Below are positions 51,293 through 64,000 of a DNA stretch of 64,000 nt, in pieces. The position numbers and the translations under genes were made by a program. The notes beneath the pieces were generated by a model. That model was not told the origin of the DNA. It saw only the letters and a program-made list of their open reading frames with translations, and searched no databases. The stretch comes from Octopus sinensis (Eukaryota): contig NC_043000.1 of the NCBI RefSeq assembly GCF_006345805.1, positions 118,854,001 to 118,918,000 on the forward strand. The letters run 5' to 3'. Every line of letters starts with the position of its first letter. Position 1 is the first letter of the stretch.

Positions 51293-52780
51293 CCTTATCG
51301 CAGACTTTTGACTGATCCAAATTGATCAGGGCCTCACACATGACAACTTCTTTAACCACCGGTGTATCGTACAAGGTGGAGGTTGTCATCGACAGATCTA
51401 CTTTGGATGGTGCATGTTTGCACATCACCAGTCAGTTCCTCGACGACAAACGCCAACCTCTTTGCTAACACCTTGGCCAAAATTTTGAAATCGTCAGCAG
51501 AGTTATAGGCCTAAAGGTGAATGTTGTATTTGTTGTTGGAGCAATGAGAACTACAGGTACCAAGCTTGCAAACTGAGCTGAAAAGATAAGAGTAAATGTG
51601 GAAATAGACCGTCTACTAAAAACATTGTTGCTTGTAGTAGCACGGATCTCCCTCGTACTAGCTTACGCAGGATATCTCTCAACGTCTCTAATTTCCGCAG
51701 TAGTGGCTCTAGAGCCAGTACATACAAAAGAAACACGAAGGGTCTACCTTGACGAACCTAGCGCATGATGCTGAATGCTTCTGATACGTAGCCATTCATT
51801 CGAACTACCGAATAGATGTGGTTGTACTTTGCGGCAATCTAGCCACGGAAAACGGGATCAAGACAAGCCATCGTGAGAATGGCCGTTAAATATTGGTGGT
51901 TGACCCTATCGCAGACTTTTGACTGATCCAAATTGATCAGGGCCTCACTCATGACAAATTCTTTAACCACCGGTGTATCGTACAAGGTGGAGGTTGTCAT
52001 CGAGAGATCTACTTTGGATGGCGCATGTTTGCACATCACGAGTCAGTTCCTCGACGACAAACGCCACCCTCTTTGCTAACACCTTGGCCAAAATTTTGAA
52101 ATCTTCGTCAGCAGAGTTATAGGCCTAAAATTTTCTAATTGATCCCTCTTGTTTGGGTCCTTCTTTAGCAATACCACTGCTCCTCGACTCAGAGAACTAG
52201 GAATTCTCCCGTTCTGCTGACAGTTGTAGTAGACACCTGCTAAGAGGCCTCCAAACAAGTCTGAAACATAATAGTAAAGCTAGTAGGGCAGACCATCCAA
52301 ACCAGACACTTTCCCTATTCACAGTTCATCAACCTAATCGATTCATCAACCTAATTGCTCTTTTCAGGGAAAACCACCATTTGTTGTTGCCGATTGTTCC
52401 GTCAACGCCCGCTTATCCAGTTCGCTAATACGGTCTCTGTAAGCTTGGCATTCCGGGTGCGACGCTTTCAGCTTCCAGTAACCGGTTCCATACCAAAACA
52501 GCCTATCTAGGTCGATCACAAATTTACGTTCTGTATAGCCGACGACTTTAAACAGTGGACAACTTATGCTACCCTAATCTACTGGTCTACAGAAAACTCT
52601 ATCTAGATACGACCTACATAACCCGATGCGGTTCGTCTACGTCCACATTCGGGAAATCCAAATCGGTATCTGTCAGACTGTTGGAAGTGTCTGAGCAGGT
52701 TTGCGAGGCTTTTGTACCCTCCTCTTTTAACAGCTAACCCCACACAATAAAATCTTGCATCGAAGATGTCAATCCAGTTA
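51293..52780 (-). pseudogene. L1/Tx1-clade LINE ORF2 remnant (APE end and RT), with an internal direct duplication of about 225 bp
   Basis: GYWKL (about 52480), LLKKDPNKRDQLENFRPITLL, INLDQSK..DRVNH, LYVLALEPLLRKL; 51293-51515 repeats 51904-52128. Confidence 0.8.
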
Positions 52781-53917
52781 CCCACTAGAATTAAAGATCA
52801 AGGCGCAGGAGTGGCTGTGTGGTAAGTAGCTTGCTTACCAACCACATGGTTCCGGGTTCAGTCTCACTGCGTGGCACTTTGGGCAAGTGTCTTCTACTAT
52901 AGCCTTAGGCTGACCAAAGCCTTGTGAGTGGATTTGGTAGACAGAAACTGTATATATGTGTGTGTTTGTGTGTCTGTGTTTGTCCCCCCCCCCAACATCG
53001 CTTGACAACTGATGCTAGTGTATTTACGTCCCCGTAACTTAGCGGTTCGGTAAAAGAGACCGATACAATAAGTACTAGACTTACGAGGAATAAGTTCTGG
53101 GGTCGATTTGCTCGACTAAAGGCAGTGCTCCGGCATGGCAGCAGTCAAATGACTGAAACAAGTAAAATAGTAAATAGTATATTACCAAGAAAACCTCCAA
53201 ACGTCTGAAGAAATCCGGCTGTCCGGCCTTCTCGAAGCTTATGCTCTGGCGCAAGTTGATGGTCGTAAGTGAAGGCTGACACAGTTGACTGAACATTTCC
53301 AATGCTCTGAATGTTTTCTGTCAAATGTTTGTAGAGTATGAACCTTTTGGCGTCATGTGACAGTATATTAGGTGCGTTAGTGTCAAAGAAGGCCAACACG
53401 GTTGACTGAACATGTTTAGTTATAAACAAGGCATTTAATCTGTCTGACGGGAGAGTGGACAGGAGTGGTTTGTATGTAATCTAATGGCTAAAATTTTAGG
53501 TTGTTGGCAGTGTAGTTTCCTAATGTTAAGCTTTGTTTGACCTATGTAATCTTCATTACAGCCTTCACACCTGATAGCGCATATGAAATTCCTTGAAAAA
53601 CATGTAAAGTTATTTTTTTACCGTATATATATGTGTGTATATATGTATAATATTTTATTTATATTAAGGGCATTACTATACATAAATGCTTCACAGCCTG
53701 ACAAAGGCCAACAGGCGTAAACTTTGAAGTCACTATCAGCTTGTTGTAATTGTTTAATAAACATGTGTTAAGTAATTCAGCTTAATTTCAAATTGTTGTT
53801 ATGTGTAACTTGATATAAATACAAGCATACATAAATACAAGCAGTAATACATACATACATACACACACACACGCACACACACACACACACACATATATCA
53901 TCATCATCATCATCGTC

Positions 53918-54060
53918 GTTTAACGTCCGTTCTCCATGCTAGCATGGGTTGGACGGTTCGACCGGGGTTCTGGGAAGCCAGAAGGCTGCACCAGGCTCCA
54001 GTCTAATCTGGCAATGTTTCTACAGCTGGATGCCCTTCCTAACGCCAACCACTCCGTGAG
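53918..54060 (-). mobile_element. 3' part of a fourth SINE family (D) with a (GAT)n tail
   Basis: (ATC)n then gtttaacgtccg...ggatgcccttcctaacgccaaccac; single copy here, recognised as a SINE-type tail. Confidence 0.6.
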
Positions 54061-54088
54061 TGTATATATATATATATATATTATATAT

Positions 54089-54132
<44 letters not shown>

Positions 54133-54148
54133 ATATTATATTATATAA

Positions 54149-54182
<34 letters not shown>

Positions 54183-54212
54183 ATATATATATATATATAT
54201 ACATATATATAC

Positions 54213-54256
<44 letters not shown>

Positions 54257-54257
54257 A

Positions 54258-54295
<38 letters not shown>

Positions 54296-54455
54296 CATAC
54301 ATACATACCATACATACATACATACAACATACATACATACATACATATATATATATACATATATAGTTAATCCAAACTTGAAAACACAAAGAGAAAACAC
54401 AACAACACGAGGACGTGGAACAAGTATAGTATTATTCAACGCTCAGGAAAGGAGG

Positions 54456-54490
54456 GTTTAACGTTTCGAGCAGAGCTCTTCGTCAGAAAC
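54456..54490 (-). ncRNA. Minimal type-I hammerhead, canonical core, in the pLTR module 54365-54560
   Basis: GUUU CUGACGA A GAGC UCU GCUC GAAA C GUU AAAC. Confidence 0.85.
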
Positions 54491-54867
54491 ATAGGAAAAG
54501 GAAAGATCCAAAGAAAGGAAGACGGAGGGGAAAAAATCGCCAACGGTACACACGCGGTCACATATATATATATATATTTTCTCACTGTCCTGTTCTTGTT
54601 ACCAATTTCACCCTCCGCAAAAAACAGGGACAATTGAAGAAGGGAAATATTCTTTATATTGTATGTCTCGTTTCTCTATTTGTTTTTTCGTTATTCGAAA
54701 AAAAGTTCGTTTCTATGTTTTTGTTTTTATGTTTTCATTTCTCATTGTGTTCAACGTTTCTTTTTTTTTTTTTTTTGATGTCCTGTACCCATATATGCAT
54801 GCATATATACATACATACATACATACATACACACATATATATATAATATATATATATATATAATATA

Positions 54868-54898
<31 letters not shown>

Positions 54899-54964
54899 AT
54901 ATAATATATATATCTATATATATATATACACACACACGTGTGTATGTTTGTATAGGGATGTACA

Positions 54965-55001
<37 letters not shown>

Positions 55002-55038
55002 GTGTGTATGTGTGTATAGGGATGTACATATATGTATA

Positions 55039-55115
<77 letters not shown>

Positions 55116-55176
55116 ATATATTCGCATGTAGGAATTGTTGTGTATATATGTAATCCTTAAACAATTTCTTTTGCAG

Positions 55177-55280
55177 TTGCTATAACACATATCATAGCGG
55201 TCGTTATTCGTGTGCAATAAGATAAAAAAACAACAACCATGAATCATACTGACATCAAAAATCAAGCAGTAGTCCTTGAG
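55177..55280 (+). CDS. Candidate exon with start codon (ATG 55239, [14 protein letters not shown])
   Basis: Acceptor tttcttttgcag|, in-frame upstream stop, caaccATG, donor GAG|gtatgt. Signals only; no homology recognised. Confidence 0.3.
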
Positions 55281-55724
55281 GTATGTACCATTATCTAATT
55301 CTTCACGTAATTTAAATGTCAGGTATAAAACTGCTTATTTCTAATGGCATGTTTATACGCGTGTGTCTGCACATGCATGTGCTTATCGTGAAAATGTTTA
55401 GTTCACTAAGTAAAAATCGATAATTCCATACTGATCCTGTCGAGATCGAATGAAGCTTAAACAGATATCATGTGAATTATATCTGTTAAAATGGTAATTG
55501 GATCAAATTAAATGAAAAACAAAAAAAAAAAAAAAAACAAGGCATCGGAGGAGCAATACTACCCTGCGCTCAGATAAATTTTTTCGCAAATTATAGTGTG
55601 GCTTGCAATGCGTTGCTTACCTATGCTTTTTAATTGAACTGAATTAAGCTTTGTAAGTGTTTGACTAAAAGAGGATTATCGCATAGAATTTGAGGAGTAT
55701 TGTATAGAATTTAAGGCTGCAAGC

Positions 55725-56130
55725 TGGAAGAATCGTTAGCACGCCGAGCGAAATGCGTAGCCGTATTTCGTCTGCCGCTACGTTCTGAGTTCAAATTCCG
55801 CCGAGGACAACTTTGCCTGTCATCCTTTCGGGGTCGATAAATTAAGTACCAGTTACGCACTGGGGTCGATGTAATCGACTTAAACCGTTTGTCCTTGTTT
55901 GTCTCCTCTGCGTTTAGCCCCTTGTGGGTAGTAAGGAAATAGGTATTTCGTCTGCCGTTACGTTCTGAGTTCAAATTCCGCCTAGGTCGACTTTGCCTTT
56001 CATCCTTTCGGGGTCGATTAAATAAGTACAGTTACGCACTGGGGTCGATATAATCAACTTAATCCGTTTGTCCGCTCTTGTTTGTCCCCTCTATGTTTAC
56101 CTCCTTGTGGGCAATAAAGAAATAAGAATT
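55725..56130 (+). mobile_element. SINE B dimer
   Basis: Junction ggaaatag|gtatttcgtc at about 55942. Confidence 0.88.
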
Positions 56131-56159
56131 TGATAAGTATTACAACATCTTTTAATAAT

Positions 56160-56805
56160 GTCAGGTGAATCAAACGTACTGTAGTTCGTTGTAGGATATA
56201 AATAATATGACCACCTGCTTATCGGGAAAATTGTAAATTCGATTATTTTTTAAAGTTTTTTTTGTTTTTTTTTATATCACCATTACAAGTATTTATACTC
56301 CAGTGAAATTAAGTAATCAACTCATAAATAAACGAAACCCTCGAATTTATAACTGTACACTAACGCGCGCGTGTACACACCCACCCACACGTGTCTACAC
56401 ACTCACACCCATACGTGTCTACGCGCACCCACACGTGTCTACACACCCAAATGTTTCTACACACACACACACGTGTCTACGCGCATAGGTACACCATGAT
56501 ATATATATATACACACGCATACGAGGGTCGATTCATATGAAAACGAAAGTGAACAAAATGAAATAGTTATAGAAAATATTGCATAGAATTTGAGAAGTGT
56601 TTTCAAACTCTTTCAATGATGGCAGGCGAATCAAACGTACTGTAGTTTGTTGTAGGATATAAATAATATGACCACTTGCTTATCGGGAAATTTTAAAGTT
56701 CGATTTACAAAAAAATTAAATATCACCATTATAAGTAGTTATACTCCGGTGAAATTATGAAATCAAGTCGCAAATAAACGAAACTGTCGAATTCATCACT
56801 GCACA
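56160..56805. repeat. Diverged direct repeat of about 200 bp (56160-56360 and 56620-56805)
   Basis: gaatcaaacgtactgtagtt.gttgtaggatataaataatatgaccac occurs twice. Confidence 0.8.
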
Positions 56806-57345
56806 CATACTCACACACACACACATACACACGCACACACACATACACACTCAGTCGCATATCTATGTATGTATTTACATATGTTTAAAGATAATCAAAC
56901 CAAATGTTCATCATTTCAAGCCACTCAACCAATGAAATATTTCTGCCAAATTTGGCGAAAATACGTTCAACCATTTTCCGGTAATTTTGCAAACACACAG
57001 ACAAACGAAGACCAGCGACTACCATACCCTGCTTTCGCTTACGCACGCAGGGTAATAAGAGGAAAAAAATATTGACAGACAAATCCATAAAAATATTCAT
57101 GCGGAGGCCATAGTAGTAGATTTATCACCGTTGATGCACACGCACGCTAGCAGATTTCCGCACGTGTTTAGAGGCAAAGGCCATTGCTAGCAGTGCAAGA
57201 CACTTAAGAAATACGTAAAATATAATTTCCTGTGCATACAGTTTGGAATCCTTTATACTTAGCGAAAAGTCCTGTTACTTGGGTTTTGGTGTACCCAAGT
57301 CAGTTGGTGACCTTTTAATCCTGTATAAATTTCAAATTCATAATA

Positions 57346-57909
57346 TTGGGTTGTCCGGAAAGTTCTTGCCTATTTGTAGTAGCTTACCTTTCGACTTATT
57401 TTAGAACATGGTTGAGTCCATAAAATAGGATTTGACTACACCTCCATTTAGAGCACAGTTTAAGCTATCTTTTAGTGGAAGAATGTTTATGTTCCCATAA
57501 CCTGTGTTAATCCTGTAACCCTTTAAAATGGAAGATAAGAAAGTTCATTTTCGGCGCTTGATGCTTTGGGAACCAGACAAAAATTGCTGCAGCTCGGCTG
57601 GGATGTGTTACCCCACCCTCCATATTCAACAGATTTTGCTCCTTTGGATTTCCGCTTATTCAGGTCTCTGCAGAATAGTCTTAATAGTAAAAATTTCAAT
57701 TCCTTGGATGACATAAAATGTTACCTTGATGAATTCTTTGCCATGAAACTACCTCAATTCTGGGAAGAGGGTATTTTCAAGTTAAAGGAAGGATGGAGAC
57801 GCATTGTGTATCAAAATGGTTCATATTTGGTTGATTAAAAATGTAATGGCAAATATTTGACCTTTTTCTTTCCTTTAAAAATCGGCACGAACTTTCCGGA
57901 CAACCCATA
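57346..57909 (+). mobile_element. Internally deleted mariner retaining the C-terminal catalytic end
   Basis: Same TIRs as 19559-20054; RQKLLQLGWDVLPHPPYSTDFAPLDFRLFRSLQNSL...WRRIVYQNGSY. Confidence 0.9.
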
Positions 57910-60800
57910 TAATTTGTACCAACACACACAAATGATGTGTTGGAGCAGTTGTAGTATATTGAACTGAATATAGTAAATATTTCGTGGAATAAAATGCAAG
58001 GCTAAAGTTGACTGGTGTAATTTGAATTAATTAACGAAATTCGTTACTGCTCAGTGTGTTACCGTCTCTACCACCTTTGCAGACCTGATAATAATATCAC
58101 AATACATTGCATTAATATAATTGAATATAAAATAATGGTTTCAAATTTTGGCACCAAATCAGTAATTCTAGGAAGTGGAGGTTGGTTGTATGATTATATA
58201 TTTTAGGATTAAGTTTGCATGTTTTCGAAATAACTCAGGACTGAAGTTAAAAGAGAGTTCCCCATTATACATTTGAGAGGATTAATAAAGTACGTTGATT
58301 AGTTATAATTAGTCGTGTTTATACAACCTCTTGAAAAAAGCAAATCAGTTCTATAAATGTGTCCCCAATGCTGCACAGCAAGCGAGTTTGCTAGTCTTGT
58401 GGTAGTTGTGTAATGAGGTTTTATCAAAATTTATGTGGTATCTTCTGTAGTGCAATGTTTGCATGGATTATTATTCTGTTCATATGCTTTTGCTCAAGAA
58501 TGTATACATCATTTAAGATAATACAGTATTTCATTTTTCTTCAGCAACAAAATATATCAAAACAAAAAATTTGCTTGCTTCTGTCAAGGCTTATAAAAGA
58601 TCGATGGTGCAAATGAAACCTTATTTAAATAGATTTACCGACCGCAACTTCTTGACAAATGATATATTGCTCTTGCACTCAGACTCATAAACCCGCGTAT
58701 TTTTGCATCACTGTTTCTGTTATTCCATTCATTAAACATTTCACATCCTTAATTCACCTCCTAACTAGTTTATAAGGTTCTCAATTCATCATCACAGCCT
58801 CCACATCGTTCTTTTGTTCATAAGTCACTTAGTACTTTCCTTGGCCTTATTTTAACCACATTTTTTCATATTTTCTTTATTTCGGCAGCATATTCTTATT
58901 ACTATTTTTATAATTTTACACACACACACACGCGCGCATTCAAATACACATTCAATGATAAGAAGTGTTTTTATTCTAAATTTGCAAAAATCCAGTCACC
59001 AAACCCCTGCTCGAGTGAGAAAACTTTATGCTTTTCAACATCTCTTTTCAGACTTTTATCTTTTTCCTTTATTTAAAGGAAGCAATTTCTGCCGTTGATT
59101 TGTTTTTAATGTATTTTAAATACAAATTTTTACCCTGGGGTATTTTCCACATATATCAGTCGTTGTATAAGCTATTTCTAGTATCATGAGAAAATGTTTT
59201 AATGTTGGAGCATTTACATAATCGTAAGGTGGTTAATTATATAAAACAATACGCATTCTACTATTCGTTATGTTATATTCTATTTTTATGTCAACTCTTC
59301 ACGTTTGAATAAATTTACTTTGGCTGAGATTTATTTCTTTATTGCCCACAAGGTGCTAAACACAGAGGGGACAAAAAAAGAGGTTAAGTCGATTGCGTCG
59401 ACCCCAGTGCGTAACTGGTACTTAATTTATCGACCCCGAAAGGATGAAAGGCAAAGTCGACCTCGGCGGAATTTGAACTCAGAACGAAATACCTCTAATC
59501 ATTTCGCCCGACGTGCTAACGTTTCTGCCAGCTGAGATTAATAACCTTATGTGATGTATTAATGAGCCAGGTTGCCAGCTTGCCAGCTTGCCCGATGGCA
59601 AGTGGGCCCCTGCACCGTTAGAATTCATATATGGGGGCCCATCCCCTCAAGTTTGAGAATTTTTTATTCACTCCTGGAAGAATGCATTAATTATTTCAGC
59701 ATGGCTGTGTTTGTAGACAATTGAAAAGAATATTTTTAACAATAAAAAATTAAATGATAGTATTGTAGTTGTGGGTGAGCCCCTTTGTAGTTGCAGCTGG
59801 GCCCCCTTAGTCAACCAATATTTTTAGACCCTGTCCACCACTGAATGAGCTATTCATAACTAAATGCAGCTAAAGATGACAGAAAACAAAAACCCTTTAC
59901 AAAATTCTGGTTTAAGCCCCCCATGTAACCTCTCATAACTTTTTATTTTGAGGGGGAATTTTCAGAAAAATTTTTACGAAAAACAGAGATGATGATATAA
60001 AATCGATTGGAAAAAGTGAAAGCTCTCCTGACTAAGGAGGACTCAAAGAGTGCTTGTTGCTGCTGCTGCTGCTGCTGTTGTTGTTGTTGTTAAGCAACAA
60101 GACGGGTAAGGGTGATTAGGTGATGGTCTAGGGCTTAGGGGCGGGAGACCCCAGACCTTGGAAAAAAAAACTTTGGTCGTCTCGTTGTAGTCGAGGGTTC
60201 TTCGTTGACGCCCTCGAAGTCGCTGGAAATGGAGATCTCCAGGACCAAATTCTTGAACGGATGCTGCTGTTGCTGCATTTGTCACCGTCGCTGTTGCTGT
60301 CCTTATTGTTGCTGTTGTTATTTTTATCATTGCTATTGTTACTATTCAACTTGCTACTGTTCTTATAGTGGTGTGTGTGGGGGGGGGGTGTTTGTGTGTC
60401 CCTAAAAGTTAACTCTGTAAAAAAAAAATCACTCTATTTCGGGACGGTCTCCTGCCCAATTCAGGATCACAACATATAGGTACACTGCGAGAAAATTTAT
60501 TTTCCTCAACAAGCCCTGCCCTATTTAACATTGTCCCAAAACTGATCAAAGAGAAAAAGGATCCCATCACCTTTAAACGGAGTCTGGACAAATTTCTTCA
60601 AGGAATACCAGATAAGCCACCTATACCTGGATACAACTCACTCAACAAGAACTCACTACTTGAATGGACCACGATACCACAAAACTTGACTTATAAACAT
60701 TTAGCTAATCTTATCAGGTGATGCTATTAAGCTAGAAATGGCCTGGACCAATCTTTGGTCGTAACATATCTAAGTTTATCTAAGTTTATATATATATATA

Positions 60801-60838
<38 letters not shown>

Positions 60839-60933
60839 CTTAGATAAACTTACATATCCCTCTCTCTCTCTCTCTCTATCTATATATATATATATTATAT
60901 ATATATATATATATAAACTTAGATAAACTTACA

Positions 60934-62042
<1,109 letters not shown>

Positions 62043-62053
<11 letters not shown>

Positions 62054-62081
62054 AAAGCTACACGCGAAACCGGTCTTTCTT
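62043..62081 (+). ncRNA. Minimal hammerhead with a U3-A8 core overlapping the PLE stop codon
   Basis: AAGAAA U UUGAAAA GC UACAC GC GAAA CCG GUC UUUCUU. Confidence 0.6.
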
Positions 62082-62211
62082 TTAAATTATGTCATTATAA
62101 GAGGAAAAAAATTTTTCTTTTTAATTTTCTAATATTCTTCAGACATATTGACGCAAATATATATATTTTTTAACATTTAATCCTTCTGTAGTTTTTTCAC
62201 TCTTTACTATT

Positions 62212-62265
<54 letters not shown>

Positions 62266-62440
62266 CCAAGAGAGTTAGAGGTTGTGAATCCAACCAACTA
62301 AGGGATAATATCTATCCAATATACTGCTGATAGAATACCCAATTATTAATACACAAGTGTTTTTTTATTGCATGGCAATTACACTACTGAATGTAATAAA
62401 TGGGTGAGGGTAAAAAGTTATTTTACCCTTAATTTATACA

Positions 62441-62538
62441 GCAATAAGAAAATGGAAGGGGTCAAGAGGTGGTATTCATCAACTTTTAGACAAAGTTGAT
62501 GAATACCAGCTCTTTATCCCCTCCATTTTCTTATTGCC
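62441..62538. repeat. Hairpin of about 98 bp ending a (TA)n-flanked module
   Basis: gcaataagaaaatgga...ggtattcatcaacttt tagac aaagttgatgaatacc...tccattttcttattgc. Confidence 0.88.
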
Positions 62539-62717
62539 GTATATATATATTGTGTCTTACTTTTGGTGTAACCAGTGCGATATTTTCATTTCTAAGTTCA
62601 TCTCTGCTGATTTTCAACAGAATTCAGAGCCAGTACTGAAACTTACAACGTTTTGTATACGAATACGTTTATGTAAGCAGTCTTTTACTATCAATAATTT
62701 TGCCTTTTTGCTTTCAG

Positions 62718-62829
62718 GATGGAATATATCGATCCACACTACTAGAAAACCCTGATAATCTGTTTGATGCTGTTGATGAGAACTTTTCTACAGCGCATGA
62801 ATGTTTTTTGAGGGGTTTGGAAATATCAC
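62718..62829 (+). CDS. Candidate internal host exon, 112 bp (DGIYRSTLLENPDNLFDAVDENFSTAHECFLRGLEIS)
   Basis: Acceptor ttttgcctttttgctttcag|, donor |gtaagt, only one of three frames open; no family recognised. Confidence 0.5.
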
Positions 62830-64000
62830 GTAAGTAGAATCTTTATGGTTATTACTATCGCCCTTAATTCCATTTCGTTTTGTTTTGTTTTTACATCATG
62901 CCAAATTGAGAAATAAAGATATCACTGAAATATTTCAAACAACCATTAAACAACTAGAAATGGTGACTGTAACAAACGATGAGCATGCAATTATAAAATG
63001 AATGTTTTGGTCTTACGGATCTCTGCTGAGAGCTTTACTTTTTACTATATAATGATTTTAGGCGCAGGTGTGACTGTGGTAATTAGGGATATCCGGTGTG
63101 GTTATGAGGAACTATATGTCAGTAAATTATAGGTTGTAGGCAGTTCGTGTATTTATAAAGGATGCCGTATATAAGTGTAAAGTTTAAATCGAGTGTCGGT
63201 CCAATCTAGCGTGTAGATAGACTCATTGTCGTAAGAGTGCAAAGAGAAAGGGGAAATTTAGCGTGTAAGTAGCGTTGGTAGTTCCCGACTAAAAAGAATT
63301 ATAGGAGAAAACAGGCAAGCGTAGGATGTAGAATAGGTATATTAACTATTGGGTTATAATGTGGGTTTGGAGTAGGGTAGCGTAGAATGTTGTTTGTTCC
63401 TTCTCGATCAACGCCTGGCTCGAAAGGGTCGGTTTCCCGGTTTCCTTCGCGTATAGGTTTCCCACCTAGACAGGACGCCGGTCCGTCACAGATAAGTTGC
63501 TAGATGCAGAAGAGAAAGTTGTGGCGAAAGATTCAAAAGAAGTTTGCCATTACCTTCTGCCGGAGCCGCGTGGGGTTTAGGTGTTTCGCTCATAAACACA
63601 CACATCGCTCGGTCTGAGATTCGAACTCGCGATCCCTCGACTGCGAGTCCGCTGCCCTAACCAATAGGCCATGTGCCTCCACTAGCGTAGAATGTAGATT
63701 AAGTATATTGTTTATTTATTTATAATGTAAGTTTGGACTTGCGTAAGCTAGTTAAGTTACCGGTAGGTTAAGTGGGGGTAATGCGCTGATAAGTAGGTCT
63801 ACTGGTAGCGTTAAAGCTAGGAGGTAGTGATGTGTACAAGATTGAGCGAGTTTAACGAAACTTAGAAAAGACGAATTGCCCTTTATGTAGACAAAAGTTA
63901 TTATTTTCATATTTCTTACTGAGTAGAGGCGGTTTAGCCATTAAAATTTGGAGATCACAACACTTATTAGTAGTGTTATAAGACGAGGTTTTTGCTAAGA

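Noticed and set aside
53695-53730. CUGACAAAGGCCAACAGGCGUAAAC
   Set aside because: Two core defects and no stem I; at most a fossil.
58413-58690. Possible signal-anchor exon and a following exon
   Set aside because: The implied intron is only about 45 bp and the joined frame hits a stop.
60043-60349. Q/T/A-rich ORFs
   Set aside because: Driven by (TGC)/(TGT) repeats; the central unique part shows no recognisable domain.
62620-62671. Small exon upstream of 62718 (donor gtaagc)
   Set aside because: The intron would be about 46 bp and every phase gives a stop when joined.

Overview
AT-rich, microsatellite-dense eukaryotic DNA with no intact host gene. The SINE, Penelope and microsatellite content looks like an octopod cephalopod genome (inference). 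Almost all of it is mobile-element debris: four tRNA-type SINE families (A-D), two Neptune-type Penelope-like elements (PLEs), CR1 and L1/Tx1 LINE fragments, Helitrons, Tc1/mariner derivatives and an unclassified TIR family with 6-bp target duplications. The main signal from reading both strands is a set of minimal type-I hammerhead ribozyme (HHR) motifs. There are seven well-formed copies in about five unrelated sequence families (3688, 7755, 8046, 16032/27065/54456 with the related 30308, and 62043), plus decayed copies. Two lie directly 3' of PLE ORFs. The rest are in short, non-coding modules inserted in (TA)n, often next to modules that end in long fold-backs (up to about 295 bp). The PLE-HHR link is established knowledge. 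These particular families, their core variants (U3-A8, U4C, GUU triplet) and the fold-back modules may be undescribed. Other points of interest are head-to-tail SINE multimers with one recurrent junction, a SINE/CR1 shared 3' hairpin, and two phase-compatible candidate host exons. All structures were assigned by eye; no folding or database search was run, and element boundaries are approximate.
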